Shown here: positions 1 to 5,720 of the stretch, one piece after another
Position numbering within the stretch: the first letter of the stretch is position 1
How the letters are laid out: every line of letters starts with the position of its first letter
Assembly: GCA_050695955.1 (NCBI GenBank)
Contig: JBOGUE010000430.1
Coordinates: 1-28,357 of the forward strand
Length of the DNA stretch: 28,357 nt
Direction of reading: 5' to 3'
DNA from: Thermomicrobiales bacterium
Lineage (GTDB): Bacteria > Chloroflexota > Chloroflexia > Thermomicrobiales > UBA6265
Made by a program: the position numbers and the translations under genes
The notes under the pieces: model-generated
What the model saw: only the letters and a program-made list of their open reading frames with translations
Databases searched by the model: none
What the model was told of the DNA's origin: nothing

Positions 1-2
1 AT

Positions 3-1496
3 TTTGCGGAGGCTAAGCAGACCGCGCCGCCCACCCTGCAAGGGGAGAGCGGCGGCGCCAGCGTCATCATTCTCGGCGCCGTTCCCGCCGGCCTGGTCGC
101 CGGCTACGAGCTGGGAAAGAAAGGCTACGACATTCAAATCCTCGAAGCCGACGAGCGGGTCGGCGGCCACGTCTTCACCGTCCGCCGAGGCTCGCACACC
201 CACGAGCTCGGCGGCGAGGAACAGGTGTGCGACTTCGACGAGGGACAGTGGGTCGACCTCGGCGCCTGGCGGCTGCCCTATACCCATCGCGCCGTCCACC
301 ACTACCTGTCCGAGTTTCGCATTCCCTGCATCCATCACACCGACCTCAATATGAATGCCTACACCTACCTGACGGGCATCAATGGGCCGCTGGCGGACAA
401 ACCGGTTCGCATCCGCGAGGCCTTCATCGACATGCAGGGATATACCGCGGAGTTCCTCGCCAAGGCCCTCAATCAAGAACTGCTCGACACGCCGTTGACG
501 GTTGAGGATCGCGACGCCTTCATTGATTACCTCGTCGAGATCGGCCAGCTCTCGCGCGACGACTTGAGCTACGGGCCAAACACCGCGCGCGGCTGGACCG
601 CGCTCGACGGGGCGGGGTTCCAGGAGGCGTTGCCGTCCTATCCGATGCCGTTGCAGGATGTCCTCCCCTTTGTCCAGCGGACCGGCGACCTGACGCCGCT
701 CACCAACCTGGGGCACCAGCCGGTGATGCTGAAGGCCGCCAAGGGGATGAGTCAGATCTACGAAGAAGGGTTCCAGCCGGCACTGGGCGAGAACCTGACG
801 CTCAACGCCGAGGTGTTGGAGGTCCGGCAAAGCGAGACCGGGGTGCAGGTCGTCTATCTGGACAAGCAGTCCGGCGAGACGACGTCGCTTGACGCGGACT
901 ACTGCGTCTCGACCATACCGCTCTCGGTGCTGGTCGACCTGCCGCGGCTCGATCTCTCCCCATCGACGCTGGAGGCGATGTACAACTGCGCCTACAACGG
1001 GGTGGGCAAGCTCGGCCTCCAATTCAAGCGCCGCTTCTGGGAGGAGGACGACTGGATCTACGGCGGCATTACCTCGACCAATATCGGCGAGATCGGCTCC
1101 ATCTCCTATCCGACGTGGGACTACCACATGGAGAAGGGGGTCATACAGGCCTACTACAACTTCGGCACGACGGCGATCGAGGTGAGCCGCCTGTCGCTGC
1201 AGGAGCGGATCGAGCTCGGCTTGGAGCACGGGAGCAAGATCCACCCCCAGATGCGGGACGAGTACGAAACCGGGTTTTCGGTGGCGTGGCACCGGATGCC
1301 GTACGCCAAAGGCGGCTGGGCCGGCTGGTCCACCTATGCGCGCCAGAACTACTTTGCCCGCCTGCTTGAACCGGATGGGCGCATCTACTTTGCCGGCGAC
1401 TTCCTGAGCCAGCTCGCCGGCTGGATGGAGGGCGCGATCCAGGCCTCATGGATGCAGATCGACAAGCTGCACCAGCGGGTCATCAGCGAGAGCTAG
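3..1496 (+). CDS. Flavin monoamine oxidase / L-amino acid oxidase family protein (5' end outside window)
   Basis: Frame 3 is open from the window edge (FAEAKQ...VIILGAVPAGLVAGYELGKKGYDIQILEADERVGG) into the ORF-track protein. It has GAWRLP and a C-terminal FAGD...GWMEGA motif of the MAO family. Confidence 0.9.
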   Translation, partial: FAEAKQTAPPTLQGESGGASVIILGAVPAGLVAGYELGKKGYDIQILEADERVGGHVFTVRRGSHTHELGGEEQVCDFDEGQWVDLGAWRLPYTHRAVHHYLSEFRIPCIHHTDLNMNAYTYLTGINGPLADKPVRIREAFIDMQGYTAEFLAKALNQELLDTPLTVEDRDAFIDYLVEIGQLSRDDLSYGPNTARGWTALDGAGFQEALPSYPMPLQDVLPFVQRTGDLTPLTNLGHQPVMLKAAKGMSQIYEEGFQPALGENLTLNAEVLEVRQSETGVQVVYLDKQSGETTSLDADYCVSTIPLSVLVDLPRLDLSPSTLEAMYNCAYNGVGKLGLQFKRRFWEEDDWIYGGITSTNIGEIGSISYPTWDYHMEKGVIQAYYNFGTTAIEVSRLSLQERIELGLEHGSKIHPQMRDEYETGFSVAWHRMPYAKGGWAGWSTYARQNYFARLLEPDGRIYFAGDFLSQLAGWMEGAIQASWMQIDKLHQRVISES

Positions 1497-1541
1497 GCGT
1501 TCGGCGCTAGGCGTTCGGCGCTAGGCGTTAGGCGTTAGGCG
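1493..1541. repeat. Heptamer tandem array, 7 units (CTAGGCG/TTCGGCG/TTAGGCG)
   Basis: Read directly; the first unit contains the TAG stop of the oxidase gene. Confidence 0.9.
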
Positions 1542-1557
1542 GTCGGGGGGCGGCACG

Positions 1558-2040
1558 ATGTTGACGGTTCAGCGGAGATCGGTCGCGTTGCTGGTGATCA
1601 TCGCGATGACGGCGGCGGTGATGGTGGTGCCCCGATTGGGTGGGGCGCAGGGAACGCCGGAGGCATCGCCGATCGTTCCGGTCGACACGGCCATGATCGA
1701 ACAAGGTGAGCAGATCTACACCTCGGTCTGCATCGCCTGTCACCAGGCGGAAGGGGCGGGATTCGAAGACGCGTTTCCGGCGTTGGCCGGGAACCCGTTC
1801 GTGACCCTGGAGGACCCGCGGCCGGTGGTGCAAACCGTGTTGAACGGGCGGGCTGGGATGCCCTCGTTCCGTGGGTACGACGACGAGGAAGTGGCCGCCA
1901 TCACCACCTATATCCGGCAGGCATGGGGCAACGAGGCCGGCCCGGTTAGCCCGGAGCTCGTGGCAGAGGTGCGTGAGCAATTCACGGCGCCGTCGCCGCC
2001 GGACGGCACGCCGCTGCCGACAGGGACGCCGGCGCCGTAG
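1558..2040 (+). CDS. Exported mono-heme cytochrome c
   Basis: N-terminal signal/TM segment, CIACH heme-binding motif, FPALAG, and MPSF distal Met ligand. Confidence 0.92.
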   Translation: MLTVQRRSVALLVIIAMTAAVMVVPRLGGAQGTPEASPIVPVDTAMIEQGEQIYTSVCIACHQAEGAGFEDAFPALAGNPFVTLEDPRPVVQTVLNGRAGMPSFRGYDDEEVAAITTYIRQAWGNEAGPVSPELVAEVREQFTAPSPPDGTPLPTGTPAP

Positions 2041-2142
2041 GCGCGGACGGCGGTTCGGAACCATCCCTCATCCGCTACGCCGGATCAACCCGACCGCATG
2101 CGAGCCGGGTGTGCCGATGACTCAGGCAATTGCGCGCTTGAT

Positions 2143-2166
2143 CAGGTTGATCACGTGATCAACCTG
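2143..2166. repeat. Perfect 24-bp palindrome CAGGTTGATCACGTGATCAACCTG
   Basis: Self reverse-complementary with no spacer. Confidence 0.9.
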
Positions 2167-2198
2167 GCAAGGATGCGGGCTGCTGGGAATCTCGTGGC

Positions 2199-2224
2199 GG
2201 TGCGGGGATCAGCCGCGACCCTAC
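2199..2224 (-). repeat. Degenerate GTAG-type REP-like element
   Basis: Minus strand reads GTAGGGTCGCGGCTGATCCCCGCACC: a GTAG tetranucleotide followed by an imperfect GC hairpin. Confidence 0.4.
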
Positions 2225-2379
2225 CGGCCGCTGATGGCGGCCGTGGGGATACTGTTGGCGGGTGCCAGGCGCGTGACCGGCGGTATCCAGCCGGGATAGG
2301 GATGACGGGATATCGTCCCGGGCGAGGTGAGGCGCTGCCCAGGCCCGCACCCTCATGCCGGATGTGCCGCTTGTTCCGC

Positions 2380-2408
2380 AGATTAGAACATATGATCTGA
2401 ATTGTCAA
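2380..2408 (-). promoter_or_regulatory. Sigma70-type promoter TTGACA-N17-TAATCT with a LexA-like SOS box in the spacer
   Basis: -35 at 2403-2408 and -10 at 2380-2385. AGAACATATGATCT at 2385-2398 is one mismatch from the GAAC-N4-GTTC LexA box. Confidence 0.65.
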
Positions 2409-2476
2409 GGGGTGTGGGAAGAAGAAGCGAGGCCAGGAAATCATGCGAAACGCCCGCGGCTTCCGCGCAGATCGGC

Positions 2477-3649
2477 TTATGCATGCGCGCCAACGGTCAC
2501 CGTGCCGATGGTCATGTGGGGTGTGCCTTCGAAGATTTCTCCGATACGCTCTAGCTGATCACCGAGCTCGCGGCGTTGCGCGGGAGTGAATGGGTCGAAG
2601 GGTTCCACGGTGATCTCGAGTTTCCGGCCGGAGCGGCGGAGATGCCAGAGTCCGGCGACGACGCCGTCGATGAGCAGCACGGGAAAGTTGCCGGCTTGGG
2701 CGCCGGCCAGCGCGCGTTCGGCGGCCCGGCCGGGGAAGAGCAAATCGCGCGGATGGCAGCCGACGGTGTAGGCGTCGAAGTAGGGCAGCAGGCGGACGCC
2801 GAGGGGTGACATAGAGGGCATCGTGGTATCCCCGGCCACCTGCCATGACGGAGAGCCTTCCAGTTCAACCTGTTGCAATTCCCCGGCTAGGGAATCGAAG
2901 AGTTCTGTCACCCACCGTCGCGGCGCGTTGAGCCACCGCGCGAAGTGCTGGGGCGTGGCCGGTCCGTAGGCATGCAGATAGCGCTTGACAAGCTCAACCA
3001 AGGCGGTTCGGCCATCGGCGGGCCGGAAGCCGGGCAGCCACCGGCGCGGACTGGTGTAGGTGACGTTACGCCCCCGGTTGGGACCGAAGCAGAGAGCGCC
3101 CCGGTTCATCGCCGTGGATTCGGCTTCGCGCCAGCGCGGCCACATCCCTTGGAACGCTTCCATGACCGGCTCTCCGGCCCAGGTTCCGGTGCGGGCGACG
3201 ATCGCCTCGTCCAGCTCGTCGATGGTCAACTCGGCGTCCTCTAGCGCGACGGCGATCGCCGCGACGACCTCATCGGTCTGCTCAGGCGTCAGCCGCACGT
3301 CCTCCGGAAATGGATTGCGGGTAGTTGGGATAGCGGAGAGGGCGCCGGTCCACATCGGCAGGTCGCACGAGGGCAGCAGATGCACGGTGCCGCGCGGCCC
3401 GCGCGTCTTGACCAGGCCGCGGTCGGTCCAAAGGGCATCCCGGACGTCCGTCCGCGTGGCGCCGGCGAGCCGCAGCCCGATGGATAGCTCGGCGGCGGAC
3501 ATCACCTGGGCGTGCGCGCCGCACATGGCGCCGACGACATCGGCCGGCCGGGCGTCACTCGACGGGACCGAGAGCGCATGCCGATCGAGCCGCCTGGCAC
3601 AGACCTCCGCCCATGACAGACGCGGCACGCCGGTCGTTCGATTGGTCAT
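2477..3649 (-). CDS. AlkZ/YcaQ-like (HTH_42 winged-helix) DNA glycosylase family protein
   Basis: GAHAQ catalytic-type motif, RGTVHL, YLHAYGPAT..FARW, LLPYFDAY, LIDGVVAGLW. Start moved to ATG 3649, preceded by an AAGGAG SD. Confidence 0.85.
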   Translation of the reverse strand: MTNRTTGVPRLSWAEVCARRLDRHALSVPSSDARPADVVGAMCGAHAQVMSAAELSIGLRLAGATRTDVRDALWTDRGLVKTRGPRGTVHLLPSCDLPMWTGALSAIPTTRNPFPEDVRLTPEQTDEVVAAIAVALEDAELTIDELDEAIVARTGTWAGEPVMEAFQGMWPRWREAESTAMNRGALCFGPNRGRNVTYTSPRRWLPGFRPADGRTALVELVKRYLHAYGPATPQHFARWLNAPRRWVTELFDSLAGELQQVELEGSPSWQVAGDTTMPSMSPLGVRLLPYFDAYTVGCHPRDLLFPGRAAERALAGAQAGNFPVLLIDGVVAGLWHLRRSGRKLEITVEPFDPFTPAQRRELGDQLERIGEIFEGTPHMTIGTVTVGAHA

Positions 3650-3721
3650 CGGAAAGCGCTCCTTCAGTGGTTCCGTTACAGTATCCATACAAGACTGACA
3701 CAATCCCAACGGAGACTCCCT

Positions 3722-4114
3722 ATGGCGAAGCAGACCAACTTGTTGGATCAAGCGCTTGCAGCCCATTACCCCATTCATGCCATCGCCGACGAGGACGGGG
3801 GGTGGTACATCTCCTTCCCCGATCTCCCTGGCTGCACGACCTATGCCGACTCTTGGCAAGAGTTGGCGAGCAATGCGCATGAGGCTGTGACGTCGTGGCT
3901 AACGATCGAAGACGAACGCGGTCACCAGCTGCCACCACCGACTATCGGCGGAGAGTCGACGTGGCAACCAGGCGATTTTCTGGTGTCGTCGATCTCCAAG
4001 TCAACCGACGCCACGCCCCTGACGACCCAAGACGTGGCCGCTCGGCTTGGCGTGACGCCACGCCGCGTCCAAGCCCTGGCGCGGCGCCGCAAAGTCGGAC
4101 GCCGCCCTGAGTAG
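3722..4114 (+). CDS. hicB: HicB-family antitoxin with C-terminal HTH, apparently truncated; no adjacent hicA
   Basis: EDGGWYISFPDLPGCTTYADS...A.EA is a HicB N-domain; LTTQDVAARLGVTPRRVQAL is an HTH; GGAG SD. The stop codon lies inside the downstream inverted repeat. Confidence 0.8.
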   Translation: MAKQTNLLDQALAAHYPIHAIADEDGGWYISFPDLPGCTTYADSWQELASNAHEAVTSWLTIEDERGHQLPPPTIGGESTWQPGDFLVSSISKSTDATPLTTQDVAARLGVTPRRVQALARRRKVGRRPE

Positions 4115-4280
4115 TCTGTCAAGGCGAGCATGCCCGGTTACCGCCGTCAGGCTGAGGCAGCGAAGCATCCCCGCGCGCAGCGCCCCGGCGGTCATCAGGC
4201 ACGGGGCTGCGGGACGACGCGGCTTCGCCGGGGGATGCTTCCCGGTGGTCAGCATGACGGGTGGTCCTTGACAGACTACT
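4110..4280. mobile_element. MITE-like element, 171 bp, with perfect 15-bp terminal inverted repeats
   Basis: AGTAGTCTGTCAAGG (4110-4124) pairs with CCTTGACAGACTACT (4266-4280). Nested internal IRs: CCGTCAGGCTGA/TCAGCATGACGG and GAAGCATCCCC/GGGGATGCTTC. No transposase. Confidence 0.7.
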
Positions 4281-4431
4281 GGGTGACCGCCACCCCGGAC
4301 GACCGCCGGCACGCATGAGGTGATCCCGTTTGGTTCGGACCGATCAGGGACAGCCGCCTCGGCTATCTCATCGAAGAGCATCGGCCGCGGCAACTCTTGA
4401 GGCGGCTGCGAGTGCCTGCTGATCGCTCGAG

Positions 4432-4962
4432 TCAGGTCTCGTCCGAATGTATTGGGAGCGGTGCGATACCATGATCGAGGCACCACCGTTCGTAGTCCTG
4501 CCGAACTTGCCGTGCCCATCCGTACGATCCATCGGCCAGCAGCACACGGAGAACCGATTCGGCTGCCGTGATGGTCCCCGCCGCTTCGAAGGCATGCAGG
4601 ACGTGCGCGAGACAAGAGACACGAAACCCTGGGAATGCCAGGCGAATGACCCGGAATGCATGATTCTCGTCAACCAGAACGTGTGGATGATTCCCACCAC
4701 GCTGAGCCGCTAATGCGATCACCTCTGCCTCACCGGTGTCGAGCGACAACCACGTTTCCAGGGCGAAAACGTCAGCCGGGTCGACTTCAACCACGCGGAT
4801 CGCATGCGTGGCAATGGCCGCGTCGACCTGACGCGCTGAGCGAATCACTTCAGCGCGCACCCGAGGGCCGATTGAAACTGGTTCGGCGTAGGTCGGCAGT
4901 AGATGGAGCAGATTAGCCTTGCCAAGAGCGATCAACGCCGTTGCATCGGGAAACAGGGGCAC
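4432..4962 (-). CDS. PIN-domain protein (DUF3368/COG2405-like), putative toxin
   Basis: N-terminal D-A-T-A-L-I-A-L, V.AEV, LDTGEAEVIALA and VLVDE give the acidic PIN active-site pattern. Confidence 0.8.
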   Translation of the reverse strand: MPLFPDATALIALGKANLLHLLPTYAEPVSIGPRVRAEVIRSARQVDAAIATHAIRVVEVDPADVFALETWLSLDTGEAEVIALAAQRGGNHPHVLVDENHAFRVIRLAFPGFRVSCLAHVLHAFEAAGTITAAESVLRVLLADGSYGWARQVRQDYERWCLDHGIAPLPIHSDET

Positions 4963-4968
4963 AACAGT

Positions 4969-5271
4969 TTACCGCGCCGCGGCGCGGAGACGGTAGGCCC
5001 GTAGTTCTTCGTGGAACTGAGCCGGATCAAGCTCCCCACGCTGGCGAACTTGATCCTTCCGCAGAATCTCAGCTTCGTAGAGATCGAACAGCACGTCCAA
5101 CGTCGCTGTCGTGTCGAGAGCTTTGCCGGCAAGTCGGAGGGCGATGATCTCATCCAATGCGCGTTCAAGTTGTTCAGCGAGGAGCGCGGCGCCCACTTCT
5201 TGCCATTCGCGGGCCACCGCCCGCACGTCAGGTGACTGGAGAGCTGGAGAAGGAACGACTGGCTGGCGCAT
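4969..5271 (-). CDS. Small protein, putative antitoxin of the downstream PIN gene (UPF0175-like C-terminus)
   Basis: 100 aa, 6 bp upstream of the PIN gene. LFDLYEAEILRKDQVRQRGELDPAQFHEEL loosely resembles UPF0175 HTH antitoxins. Confidence 0.6.
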   Translation of the reverse strand: MRQPVVPSPALQSPDVRAVAREWQEVGAALLAEQLERALDEIIALRLAGKALDTTATLDVLFDLYEAEILRKDQVRQRGELDPAQFHEELRAYRLRAAAR

Positions 5272-5352
5272 GGCTTCGTCCGTTCGGATGGTGATCGACG
5301 CAAAGGGCGCACGATACCCCTTTGAAATTACGAGTCTCGGTTACGTCGCTCA

Positions 5353-5361
5353 ATTCTAACA
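5353..5361 (-). promoter_or_regulatory. Extended -10 element (TGT-TAGAAT) upstream of the antitoxin/PIN pair
   Basis: Minus strand TGTTAGAAT about 80 bp upstream of the ATG at 5271. Confidence 0.4.
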
Positions 5362-5508
5362 TCGACCCCGCTTCATCCTCATCGTGCCGCGGCGCCCCGA
5401 GCCATCTGGCGACAGCGCGCACCGCCGGCGACTCGCTTACGCGATCGAACGTGGGGCGAAACCAGTCCTATTCCCTCGCCTACGTCATTCCGCGTACCAA
5501 AATCCGCT

Positions 5509-5524
5509 TGTGACGTTCATCACG
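5509..5524. promoter_or_regulatory. CRP/FNR-family-like site TGTGA-N6-TCACG
   Basis: One mismatch from TGTGA-N6-TCACA, in the divergent intergenic region upstream of the MMPL gene. Confidence 0.35.
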
Positions 5525-5571
5525 AAATAGGCAATTTGACTGATGTGAGCTTGACGGGGGTCCGGCATGAT
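5524..5571 (+). promoter_or_regulatory. Putative activator box GAAATAGGCAATTTGACTGATG plus -10-like CATGAT upstream of the MMPL gene
   Basis: 15/22 identical to a box at 28198-28219 (minus strand), with the same 20-bp spacing to CAYGAT. Confidence 0.5.
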
Positions 5572-5720
5572 GGATATCGCTCGTCGGGAGCGGTGATTGA
5601 GCCGGCTTTTGAGGCCAGGGCCGATGGCGGGCGGGTGGTTAGACCCATACGTGGGTTTGCGTAAGTGTTGTTCGGTCCGTGTTTGTGAGGCGGGCCAGTA
5701 GTATGGGAGGACGATAGGGT

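Noticed and set aside
2098..2558. Short ORFs in the cytochrome c-glycosylase intergenic region
   Set aside because: No SD, Arg/Pro/Gly-rich low-complexity translations, and overlap with palindromes and REP-like sequence.
3650..3880. Long N-terminal extension of the AlkZ-like ORF
   Set aside because: It overlaps hicB on the opposite strand; a good SD supports ATG 3649.
4351..4408. 10-bp inverted repeat CAGCCGCCTC/GAGGCGGCTG
   Set aside because: Long loop, no U-tract and GC-rich; too weak to call a terminator or element.
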